From an uncultured Rhodospirillaceae bacterium (GTDB lineage Bacteria > Pseudomonadota > Alphaproteobacteria > UBA9219): DNA of 64,000 nt. Location of the stretch: assembly GCA_964453225.1 (NCBI GenBank), contig CAYVNS010000006.1, positions 9,036 through 73,035 of the forward strand, written 5' to 3'. Shown one piece after another: positions 1-8,735 of this stretch. Position 1 is the first letter of the stretch. Every line of letters begins with the position of its first letter. Under the pieces are notes generated by a model. That model did no database searches. It was not told where the DNA came from and was given only the letters and a program-made list of their open reading frames with translations. Both the position numbers and the translations under genes were made by a program.

Positions 1-572
1 GATCCGACGGTAAATTCCCTATTCTCCTGGCCCGGGGGCATTTTCAGAAAATCCCCATAGCGAGCGAGGCCATGGCCGGACACATCGACGGGCGGCACTT
101 TCTGCGAAGCGGCCGAGAAAACATTGCTGGCGCACCCGTCATAACCGATGGCAACGGGCGTATAATCCAAATCCTTCACCGCATAAGCCCAGCTGTTTGG
201 ACCGAGCAGATTGTTATTTTTGACGCTGTTAAAAAACGCGGCGAATTCCTCCAGCGTTTTTTGAGGCACAAAAATATCTTTATTGAAAGTCGTATTCGAA
301 ATAATGCGCCCTAATCCGAAGCCGTAAAAGGTCGAAAAGACGATGTTTTTCGCACCGCTCTTTAGTCTGATTCCATTGCTTCTTCCTGTCAACTGCCCCG
401 AAGAGTCATTGCCTTTGAAAGCCTCTTCGCCCTCAAAATCAGGCCTGTGCTGACACGCGTCCGAAAGCTTGCTGCCGCCCTCATCAGAGCAATCCGAAAG
501 CGCTGCGACAGCAGCCCCCGGATAAAAAGAAAGAAAAGAAATCAAGGTAAAGCAGAAGATGGCTATGCGCAT
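1..572 (-). CDS. N-terminal part (start at 572, runs off the window) of a secreted protein paralogous to the giant protein at 686-4156
   Basis: The reverse-strand reading begins MRIAIFCFTLISFLSFYPGAAVAALS, which looks like a signal peptide. There is GGAG 8 nt upstream. The segment KDIFVPQKTLEEFAAFFNSVKNNNLLGPNSWAYAVKDLDY aligns with KDIFIPQQNKSEFASFLGSNLLNTSMSAGGTYAFDWGYAVIDAQVD of the downstream protein. It is absent from the ORF track because there is no stop inside the window. Confidence 0.5.
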   Translation of the reverse strand, partial: MRIAIFCFTLISFLSFYPGAAVAALSDCSDEGGSKLSDACQHRPDFEGEEAFKGNDSSGQLTGRSNGIRLKSGAKNIVFSTFYGFGLGRIISNTTFNKDIFVPQKTLEEFAAFFNSVKNNNLLGPNSWAYAVKDLDYTPVAIGYDGCASNVFSAASQKVPPVDVSGHGLARYGDFLKMPPGQENREFTVG

Positions 573-685
573 GGCAAGCTCCGGAATAATCACCAAAAGA
601 CTCAATGATGATCCTCTTAAAGCTTTAAAATATTATTACCTCCTCACCGGAAGAGGCCCAGGCATATCTTATCGCAATATCTTCC

Positions 686-3600
686 CTATGGGATACACGC
701 GGTGCTCGTATAGCTGAAGGATACGGATCCTGGACCGCCGCCGTAGCCGCAGGGCATAGCTCCATTACCCCTGCAATAATAAGCCGATCCCCCGCCAGCA
801 GAGTAGCCACCACTGGGGCCTATTCCGCCATTGCCGCCCTTTTGCCCTTGGCCGCCGCCACCGCCGCCACCGCCAAAGTAGGTACCGCCTCCGTATCCGC
901 CGCTTCCTGCGCCCGCACCACCGCCACCGCCACCGCCTGCGCATGAACCGCCAGAGCCTGCACCGCCGCTTGCTCCACCGCCTGCGCCGCCGGTTCCTGA
1001 ACAGGCTGGTCCACCGCCGCCGCCGCCATAGCCTGAGCCACCACCGCCGCCGCCGCACTTAGAATATTGGCCTGTATAGCTGCCGGAATTAGAGGACATC
1101 CCCCTGCCGCCACCGCCACCGCCGCCGCCAACATAGACGGTTAGCGTGCTGCCCTTAGGAACAGCCACACTGCCGCTAACGGTAGCTCCGCCATGACCGC
1201 ATGTATCCATCGTACCGCCGCCCATTCCGCCAGATGCATAATTGACAAGGCTGCCGTCTTTGAGCAAAGCCGTGGAACCGCCGCCGCCTCCGGGCGCTCC
1301 GCCGGAGCCATGCTGATTAGCACCGCCGCAACCGTGGCCTCCACCGCCCCCTCCGACCAGCGTATAGGAAAGACTGCTTATATCCGCAGGAACGGTGAAC
1401 GTCGTTGTGCTGGTAATTGACTTGCTGCATGACACGGGAGGCGCCGAACAGGTCGCTGTCGCGCCATTATAGTTAAGCGTTCCGTCGTTGCATGTGAAAG
1501 TCGCCTGTCCGGTTTTTCCGTTAGTCGATGCTATCTGTGTCGAGCCTCCATGCGCCAATGCGCCCACTGTCCCCTTGCACACAACGCTGTTGATGATCCA
1601 CATCCTTTCAGCTGACGCGCAAGACGACACGCATGACGAGCTTGACGGCCCAGACCAAGTGCCGTTGCTACAGGTATAGCTTGCGGTTCCTGTCGTGGGA
1701 GATGTCGCGTCTTGAACGGTTTGCGTGCCGCTGCCCGCCGCCGTTAAGTTGCCGGAGCATTTGCCGCCCGCTCCCCAAGTAACGGCTGTCGCAGGACATG
1801 AGGAATTATTACAACTGGATGTCCCCACCTGCTCGACCCATGTTCCGTTTGTGCATGCATAGTAGTTGTATCCGGTTTTGCCGTTTGTTGACATGACAAG
1901 AGACCCAAAGCCGGAGTTGGCCTCAGCCGTATAGCCGGAACATGTTATTGATCCCACTGTCCACGATTTCAACTGCGCCGGACACGAGGTTGCCGTGGAT
2001 GTGCAAGACGACGCTGTCGGACCAGACCAAGAGCCGTTATTGCAGGTATAGGTCACGCTTCCCGATGTGCCGGAAGTTGACGTATTTGCGCTCGAAGACG
2101 ATCCTGAAGAAACGCCGTTCAAATAGCCCGAACAGGATGGGCTGGAACCCCATGTCACAGTCATGCCTGTACATCCTGCGGCCGGGGCCGTGCAAGACGA
2201 CGATGTCGGCCCAGACCAAGAGCCGCTGTTACAGCTATAGGTCGCGCTCCCACTGTTGCCGTTCGATGAATTAGCCGTCGAAGATGATCCTGAAGCAACG
2301 CCGTTCAAATAACCTGAACAAGATGGGCTGGATCCCCAGCTTGCTGTTGTTCCGCTGCATGACGCAGGCGCTGAGCAAGGCCCTGACTGGTAAGTTAGGC
2401 TGCCTGTGCTGCCGCATAAGAATGTTGCGGTTCCCGAATTACCGTTGGTGGAGGTTATGGATGTCGTTGAACCGGCATTGGTGACGGAGGACGTGGATCC
2501 GCCGCATGTATTTCCTGAAGTCCATGTTGCATAGGTTCCTGCCGCGCACGTTACCGAAGGCGAACAGGTCGCGCCTGGCTGCACCTTCAATGTGCCTGCT
2601 TCGCATTTAAAGGATGCGCTTCCGTTGTTTGTGCCGGTCGCGGTCACGTTTATCGGCGAGCCGGAAATAGCTGCGGCATTCGTTGTGCCGGTACATGAAT
2701 AGTCTCCTGACGTCCAATTTACGGATGTTCCCGCAGGGCATCCTGCTCCCCCCGCCGTGCAACTGGCGGCTGTCCCACCGGATGGATAACTATTGCATGT
2801 CCACGTCCACGGGCCGCTCCCCGAAACCGCGCTTGCATTACCTTTGGCGCATAATGTCGTTGACGGCGGCGTTGCCGACGGCATGGTGGTCATGGTTGTG
2901 CCATGCGCGGTGCCGCACTGGCCGTCTATGGGCGGCGCTTTTTCCGAATACCCGTCTGTGCAATCAGCGACGGACGTTTCCGCGCCCCCGTTGACGCTGA
3001 CATAAAGCCCCGACTCCTCTACCGGATTAGTGCCCGCCAAGGCCCATCCATAATTTTTGAGATCAACGCCCCCATAGGTGTATTTCGGCGACATCAGTTC
3101 CGTAGCCTTGAAAAGGAGTTTGTTGTATTGATTAAAAACGACGTTCGCGCAGCTTGAAGCGCCTTGCGGGTCGTAAATGCAGTCATCACTGTAATTGCTG
3201 CGGGTATACCTGAATTTTAATGGGCTGCTGGGATCTGTGCTTCCTAGAACGATGGAAATTGGATCGGGCTGATTGGGTCGATTAATCGGCTGCTTAGTGT
3301 ATACGCCGACCCGAACTAGGGATTCGCCGCCCGGCACTGCGATGTTTTGCGGGGAACTACCCGGAACGGCTATTGTACCGACGATGGGGGTAAACGAACC
3401 AGCGCTGCATCCATCATAGCTTTTCGCTCCCTTTGAAAAATCAACCTGGGCATCGATAACCGCATAGCCCCAGTCGAAGGCGTAAGTTCCGCCAGCACTC
3501 ATGCTGGTGTTAAGGAGATTGCTGCCGAGAAACGAAGCAAATTCACTTTTATTTTGTTGCGGAATAAAAATATCCTTTCCGCTTTTATTCGAGACAAACC

Positions 3601-4156
3601 TTCCCATCCCGTCATTATAATATTCTATGAACAGCGCATTCAGGGTATTATCGTTCATTCGGATGCCCTGGCTTTGATTGCTCCCCCAAACGGTAACTTT
3701 ACTGCAAGGAATGTATTGGCATTCTTTTTTGTCGGTGCTTTTGCCGCTGCAATACCCGCAAGACGGCAACTGCGTCACATTAATATTGATCCCCGCGACC
3801 GTATATATTCCTGTTCGCGCCACGCCCGTATCATTTCGAGGGATTAGTCTGCTAATTCTTCCGCTTTCAACCCCTCCACTGTACCCCTTGCTTTCAAACC
3901 ATTCAGGCATTGTAGATGATTCCGACCAAGAACATCCTTCGGACGATAATGTAATTTCAGCTACAAGCTGAACACTTTCAAACGGAAGAGTAACATTCTT
4001 CGAAAGAGGCGCTCCATAAGAGCGGGCAAAAAAATCATCCGGGGTTTTTGCCCAAGTGGAATTCACATCATATGTGCATGCCGAGAATGCCGGGATCGAA
4101 TCGCCGATCAGGAACACAAAAAACGCAAAAAGCAAAATAGCCGAGCGCATGGGCAA
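686..4156 (-). CDS. Giant secreted/surface protein (1156 aa): N-terminal signal peptide, unique N-terminal domain, tandem Cys-containing ~45-50 aa Ser/Thr/Gly-rich repeats, poly-Gly/Tyr C-terminal tail
   Basis: The long ORF starts MPMRSAILLFAFFVFLIGDSIPAFSA (signal peptide). Internal units repeat with the form SCSGYLNGVxSGSSSxANxSxxGxSGSxTYxCNxGSWSGPTxSSCT. The last ~250 aa are nearly all G/S/Y/A. Overlapping + and - ORFs in the track are frame artefacts of the GC-rich repeats. Confidence 0.7.
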   Translation of the reverse strand: MPMRSAILLFAFFVFLIGDSIPAFSACTYDVNSTWAKTPDDFFARSYGAPLSKNVTLPFESVQLVAEITLSSEGCSWSESSTMPEWFESKGYSGGVESGRISRLIPRNDTGVARTGIYTVAGININVTQLPSCGYCSGKSTDKKECQYIPCSKVTVWGSNQSQGIRMNDNTLNALFIEYYNDGMGRFVSNKSGKDIFIPQQNKSEFASFLGSNLLNTSMSAGGTYAFDWGYAVIDAQVDFSKGAKSYDGCSAGSFTPIVGTIAVPGSSPQNIAVPGGESLVRVGVYTKQPINRPNQPDPISIVLGSTDPSSPLKFRYTRSNYSDDCIYDPQGASSCANVVFNQYNKLLFKATELMSPKYTYGGVDLKNYGWALAGTNPVEESGLYVSVNGGAETSVADCTDGYSEKAPPIDGQCGTAHGTTMTTMPSATPPSTTLCAKGNASAVSGSGPWTWTCNSYPSGGTAASCTAGGAGCPAGTSVNWTSGDYSCTGTTNAAAISGSPINVTATGTNNGSASFKCEAGTLKVQPGATCSPSVTCAAGTYATWTSGNTCGGSTSSVTNAGSTTSITSTNGNSGTATFLCGSTGSLTYQSGPCSAPASCSGTTASWGSSPSCSGYLNGVASGSSSTANSSNGNSGSATYSCNSGSWSGPTSSSCTAPAAGCTGMTVTWGSSPSCSGYLNGVSSGSSSSANTSTSGTSGSVTYTCNNGSWSGPTASSCTSTATSCPAQLKSWTVGSITCSGYTAEANSGFGSLVMSTNGKTGYNYYACTNGTWVEQVGTSSCNNSSCPATAVTWGAGGKCSGNLTAAGSGTQTVQDATSPTTGTASYTCSNGTWSGPSSSSCVSSCASAERMWIINSVVCKGTVGALAHGGSTQIASTNGKTGQATFTCNDGTLNYNGATATCSAPPVSCSKSITSTTTFTVPADISSLSYTLVGGGGGGHGCGGANQHGSGGAPGGGGGSTALLKDGSLVNYASGGMGGGTMDTCGHGGATVSGSVAVPKGSTLTVYVGGGGGGGGRGMSSNSGSYTGQYSKCGGGGGGSGYGGGGGGPACSGTGGAGGGASGGAGSGGSCAGGGGGGGAGAGSGGYGGGTYFGGGGGGGGQGQKGGNGGIGPSGGYSAGGGSAYYCRGNGAMPCGYGGGPGSVSFSYTSTACIP
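1900..2520. repeat. Intragenic tandem DNA repeats encoding the Cys-containing repeat units of the giant protein
   Basis: Near-identical stretches such as gtgcaagacgacgctgtcggaccagaccaagagccgtt / gtgcaagacgacgatgtcggcccagaccaagagccgct recur at ~140 bp spacing. They are mirrored by repeated peptides in the off-frame ORFs 1942-2274 and 2284-2484. Confidence 0.6.
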
Positions 4157-4639
4157 GCTCCGAAAAGGCTTTGCAACGATTCAATAATGAATCACCACAA
4201 AGATTTAAGAAGTGCTTAATCCACTTCTAAGCACCCTTTATTATCAGTCAAATATATCTCTAATTACTTAATTTGAGACTGGAAGTGGACCGGCTTTGGT
4301 TAATAACAAAAAACCTTGAATTATTTGATTTCTATTGAGAAATTGTTTCGTATCCCTTATGAATTTTTGCGTTTTAACAAATTCATAACTTAAAAATACG
4401 GTAGGAACTCCAGCCGTTTTTTTCATAGCAATGGAAATCCAAAATGAACAAAGAGAAGAAGAACTACAGTATTGCCGGAAATACTGAAATTATTGTTTTA
4501 GGCAAAAAGTATATCCGGCATCTCTTCTGCTTATTTCCCAAAGATGAAACCACTCATTCATCCCGGTTCAATGGATCGATATCATTTTATCGGTTTCCAT
4601 TTTTTCCGATGCCCATTATTTTACTTAAGGAAAAAAATT

Positions 4640-5359
4640 ATGTCCGAACTTGAGAAATACAAAAGAGTGGCAAAAACCGTCTTCGCGAGAGCAAAAAAAT
4701 ACGGCGCTCCGCTCGACCCGGCGGATTTGGAAAAATTAACAACCCTGTGCGCCGCGATATATTGGGCCGATAATTATTTCGATAAAAACAATGTTCACGA
4801 CCGCGCCAAAGTCGCGCAGCAGATTTTGCAGAATGCGCGGATTGACAAAATACCGGGTTTCAATGCCAACCCCGAAACCTGCGAGGCTTTGGAAAAGCTA
4901 AAGAAAGTTCTGAGCACCCTGCCCGAAGCGCAAGCGACCTATTTCAAGAATGCCTTGCTGGAAGCCTTGAAACACGGCGAAAAACTGCGCACCACAAAGG
5001 ATATAAAAACGTTCATCAAAGCACGCTACGTAGAAGCCCTTCATACGGCTGATTTATGCTCGACTCTTATCGCGGACAAAATCGACCAACTCGAAGAAAC
5101 CCGGCGAGATCTCTTCTGGAAGAAATCTCGCGACCGCGTGATCTACGTGAATTACGCCGATAGCTTTCTGGACGCTCCTCAGGACTGGAAGAATAAGGAA
5201 ATTCTTATCAATCCGCACATTCTTCGCCTTCATCTGGTTTTTGATAAATATCCGGGAAAGCCTCCTTATTTGTCTTGCTTCACAAAACACGTAAAAAAGA
5301 AACTGAAGAGCATAAGGCAATCGGTTTTTGGCTCGGCGTCGATCCCCCAACCAAGCTGA
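4640..5359 (+). CDS. Hypothetical protein, paralog A of a tandem pair (about 240 aa)
   Basis: An ATG preceded by aaggaaaaaaatt gives MSELEKYKRVAK, which matches the start of the next gene (MSELDRYKKAVS). The two share colinear conserved blocks (WADNYFDKNN/WIDRHFDENN, HGEKLRTTKDI/HGERLHTTKNI, INPHILRLHLVF/INPHLLRLHLLF, YPGKPP). I recognise no known domain. Confidence 0.6.
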   Translation: MSELEKYKRVAKTVFARAKKYGAPLDPADLEKLTTLCAAIYWADNYFDKNNVHDRAKVAQQILQNARIDKIPGFNANPETCEALEKLKKVLSTLPEAQATYFKNALLEALKHGEKLRTTKDIKTFIKARYVEALHTADLCSTLIADKIDQLEETRRDLFWKKSRDRVIYVNYADSFLDAPQDWKNKEILINPHILRLHLVFDKYPGKPPYLSCFTKHVKKKLKSIRQSVFGSASIPQPS

Positions 5360-5389
5360 CCCTGAAAACGCTTACCCAAGAAGGCAAAC

Positions 5390-6076
5390 ATGTCAGAGCT
5401 GGATAGATATAAAAAAGCCGTCTCTATAATCGTTAGAAGAGCGGGAAAATTCGGAGTATCGCTCGACGAAGAGGATGTGCAGAAGCTCAACGTGCTGTGG
5501 ATCGCCATATTCTGGATCGACAGGCATTTTGACGAGAACAATGAAAAAAACTGGGCCGACAAAGTTCTTCCTGGCATTGAAACGGGCAAAATCGATGAAG
5601 GTCTGGGCAGCCATCCTGAGACGCGCGTCGCCGTTCAAAACCTCATCGAGGTCTTGCACTCTCTATCGGAAAGACAGCAAGAGGATTTTAAAGTCGCCCT
5701 TCGGAAAGGGCTGGAACACGGAGAACGCCTTCATACGACAAAAAACATACAGGAATTTATTGAATCGAGGCGCCAGGAGGCCATTCACGTCGGCGATATG
5801 TCCCCCATTTTTTTCGCCGATAAAATCGACCGGCAAGACGAAAAAACGCGCAATCTTATATGGAAATCCTTTCGGGATTGCATGGTCATCTTTAATTTTG
5901 CCGACAGCATCAAGGACGCGATTCAGGATCGGAAGAATAACGAGATTCAGATCAATCCACACCTTCTTCGCCTTCATCTTCTTTTTGGAAATTATCCCGG
6001 AAAACCGCCTGTTCCGCGGTTCCTGAAATGGTTCGCAAAGCGCAAGCTGAAAAGCGCCTTGCATAGGGTGCTATAA
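5390..6076 (+). CDS. Hypothetical protein, paralog B of the tandem pair (228 aa)
   Basis: It lies 30 bp after paralog A on the same strand and aligns with it over the full length. Confidence 0.6.
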   Translation: MSELDRYKKAVSIIVRRAGKFGVSLDEEDVQKLNVLWIAIFWIDRHFDENNEKNWADKVLPGIETGKIDEGLGSHPETRVAVQNLIEVLHSLSERQQEDFKVALRKGLEHGERLHTTKNIQEFIESRRQEAIHVGDMSPIFFADKIDRQDEKTRNLIWKSFRDCMVIFNFADSIKDAIQDRKNNEIQINPHLLRLHLLFGNYPGKPPVPRFLKWFAKRKLKSALHRVL

Positions 6077-6201
6077 CCCCGCCGCCCCGGAGAGCAATCT
6101 GAAGTCTAAAAAACTACGTTGAGCGGGGAAGGAAGCTGGAAGAGTGAAGGGATATTGGCGTATGCCCACAAATGATTTTTCAGAGGCTAGTTTAGCTGTT
6201 A

Positions 6202-8733
6202 TTATGCCGCATCCTCTATTAAACGAATAAACTCTTTGCGCCATTCATTGCTATCAACGACGGCGTACTTAATCGGACGTTGCTTAATTGCTTGTGCAAA
6301 AGTCGCTTGGTCAATCTGCATCGTCTTCGATTTTTGATTAGCCATTGAAAAAACCGCATTTTTATAGGTAGTATCATCGTTGTCTTTCAGGTGAACGCCC
6401 TTTGTTTCGACCACGAAAACCTTGAAGTTATCATCGCCATCATTGTCAGTAGAAAAAACAAAATCAGGGAATATCCTATTCTTTTGCCAACCTTGCAGGC
6501 TATATCCAGTCCTAACGCGATTGCGTAGCCAAAAATAAAGCTGTTTTTGATCTTCTAAAAACCAAGCAACATCACGTTCCAAGCCATCGAAATCATCTTC
6601 AAGCTCAACATCAAACAGGGAGAATTGAAGGGGCTGGCCGCGTTTGTTGGTTAGTACTTTTGTATCCCTAACTTGCCGTGGGGAAAACAGCCGCAGCCTC
6701 GCCTTTTCATCAGCGATAATCGTGAAACGTATTTCATCTTTCGCAAGACTTTCATCAAAAGCTAATTTTGCTAATCGGTCTTTTTCTTTCTGAATATGCT
6801 GCTTGGCCTGTTCCACGATATAGACAAAGCTGCTGGCCACCATGTCGCCACCATGCTTGGCTTGCAGTCCGTCTAAAACCTTCTGTGTGACGGAATTGGC
6901 AACCCACGGATTTGGAATTAAGTCATCGGAGAGCACGCGCGCAAGATAGAATGGGTCTAACTCGCCAACGCCGACATCCATACGCTGCACGTCATGTTGC
7001 CGAATAACGTCGTTTTTCTCGCGCCCAAGCCCCACGGCAAAAGTCTCGCCCGTCGGTTTATATTTGGAAAGCGGCAAAGCAAGCAATTCGGACAAATCTA
7101 AAGCCACCCAGTTGATCTGGGCTTCAATGTCCATCGCGTAGCTAACGGGTCGCCACCGTTTTTTATCTTCGCGCCGCGCAAATAAAGGAAGGAAGGCCGC
7201 GCTGATCGCCTTTTGAAATTTGCCTCTTACCGAAGCCGTAATAGTATTCGGTCTATCGTCTATCGCCCTGTCAATTGCCAGTCTTCCAGCCAAATCGCCC
7301 AAGCCTTCATTTTCAAAGCCGTCCTGAATCTGCTTCAACATCTCGGTTGGCATTTGTTGATAGGAATAGACGTAGCTTTCGTCCAAAGCCTTCACGCCGG
7401 TTTTACGAGCTTGGGGTTGGCGCAAGATGCGCCCCACCAACTGAGTTAGGGCCGTCCTTGCCCCCGCATTGGTCAGGATAGCCAACACATAGGCAAAGGG
7501 ACAATCCCAACCTTCCTGCAAGGCATATTTGGTGATGATATAACGTATCTGGCAATCGCGTGATAACAGGCCGTCATCGTCATCAATATCTTCTAAGTCG
7601 TCTTTATCACTGGACTTAATCGCAACTTCGTCTGGCCGAATGCCCCCGACCTCAATCAAATGCTGTTTGATCTGTTCGGCATGGGTGTAGCGGCCATCAT
7701 CGCGCTGATCTTTACCCGTGCGTTCAACCTGAATAAGCAGAATGGGGCGGATAAAGCGGCCAGATTTTGCCCCATAATCACGGGCTTCTTCTTCAAGCTT
7801 ATTGCGCTTTTCAATGGCGTGCCGCAAGGTATCGCGCCAGTCCCACGCGGTTTCGTTCGTAATATGCAGGTCGAGTTTGAGCATTTCTTCTTGCTCTAAT
7901 GCCCTGCCGCTAACGGTAACGAGTTTGTTGGCGGTGGGCTTAGGTGTCGCGGATAGTTCTAGCACGACACAGGGATTAAAACCGGCAATCGTAGCTTGCG
8001 CCAATTCGCCATAGGCTTTGTGGCCTTCGTCTAGAATGACAAGCGGATTGAGCAAGCGCAGGGTATTGCCTAGCGAGGTTTTAGCCCGCCGTTTCAGAAT
8101 ATCGTCTTTGTGGCCGAAATGATCGAGGTTGGGAATTTTATCCAGCAATGCCTCATGTTCAGCGGTCGCATCGTCCATAGGGAAGAAAGTATCAAAGCCC
8201 CCGCTGTCCTGAAACAGTTTCAGCGTATCTTTGTTCTGTCGGTTGGCCGAAGGCAGCATAAGCAAAAGCACAACCAGATTTTCCTGCACATCGAGCGGGG
8301 AAAAACGATCAGTCTTTTCGATAATTTGCGCCCGTCCACCAGTGACAAGGTCAAGATGTTGGCGATAGGGGTGATCTTTGTCGCGCAAGGCTTTCAGCGT
8401 TTGCTGATAAATCTGTTTGGTCGGCACAACCCACAGTACAAGGCCGGTCTTTAATTGGCGGTAATGCAGATTGACCAAGTCGATCACCTTGATCGCAAGA
8501 AAAGTCTTGCCGCCACCGGTGGGGACTTTCAAACAGAAATTTGGAAGCGGGCGACCAAGCCCATCGGCCTTGCCGTGATATTCACTCAATCTCTCCAGCT
8601 TACGCCAAGCCTGTTTAGGGAAGTCAATTTCAAGGTCGGGGTTTTCGTCGGCCTTCCTTTTCCACACGGCCAACTGTTGCAGGTAGTTTCCGACCTGTTT
8701 AAGAGCATCTTGCTGAAACTGTTTCAGTTCCAT
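6202..8733 (-). CDS. res: Type III restriction-modification system restriction subunit (Res; SF2 helicase plus endonuclease)
   Basis: It has a Walker A motif VPTGGGKTFLA and a DEAH-box motif ILDEGHKAYG. At 843 aa it sits immediately downstream of, and 2 bp from, a Mod-type methyltransferase gene on the same strand. Confidence 0.8.
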   Translation of the reverse strand: MELKQFQQDALKQVGNYLQQLAVWKRKADENPDLEIDFPKQAWRKLERLSEYHGKADGLGRPLPNFCLKVPTGGGKTFLAIKVIDLVNLHYRQLKTGLVLWVVPTKQIYQQTLKALRDKDHPYRQHLDLVTGGRAQIIEKTDRFSPLDVQENLVVLLLMLPSANRQNKDTLKLFQDSGGFDTFFPMDDATAEHEALLDKIPNLDHFGHKDDILKRRAKTSLGNTLRLLNPLVILDEGHKAYGELAQATIAGFNPCVVLELSATPKPTANKLVTVSGRALEQEEMLKLDLHITNETAWDWRDTLRHAIEKRNKLEEEARDYGAKSGRFIRPILLIQVERTGKDQRDDGRYTHAEQIKQHLIEVGGIRPDEVAIKSSDKDDLEDIDDDDGLLSRDCQIRYIITKYALQEGWDCPFAYVLAILTNAGARTALTQLVGRILRQPQARKTGVKALDESYVYSYQQMPTEMLKQIQDGFENEGLGDLAGRLAIDRAIDDRPNTITASVRGKFQKAISAAFLPLFARREDKKRWRPVSYAMDIEAQINWVALDLSELLALPLSKYKPTGETFAVGLGREKNDVIRQHDVQRMDVGVGELDPFYLARVLSDDLIPNPWVANSVTQKVLDGLQAKHGGDMVASSFVYIVEQAKQHIQKEKDRLAKLAFDESLAKDEIRFTIIADEKARLRLFSPRQVRDTKVLTNKRGQPLQFSLFDVELEDDFDGLERDVAWFLEDQKQLYFWLRNRVRTGYSLQGWQKNRIFPDFVFSTDNDGDDNFKVFVVETKGVHLKDNDDTTYKNAVFSMANQKSKTMQIDQATFAQAIKQRPIKYAVVDSNEWRKEFIRLIEDAA

Positions 8734-8735
8734 GC

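Noticed and set aside
765-1344. ORFs 765-1058, 820-1134 and 1141-1344 (Arg/Trp-rich and Ala-rich translations) overlapping the 3' end of the giant gene
   Set aside because: They are alternative-frame and antisense readings of the poly-Gly coding repeats (GGN/GCC-rich DNA). They have no independent start context and lie fully inside a better-supported long ORF.
4544-4639. Upstream extension of paralog A to the ATG at 4544
   Set aside because: The paralog alignment and a good RBS support the ATG at 4640. The extension has no counterpart in paralog B.
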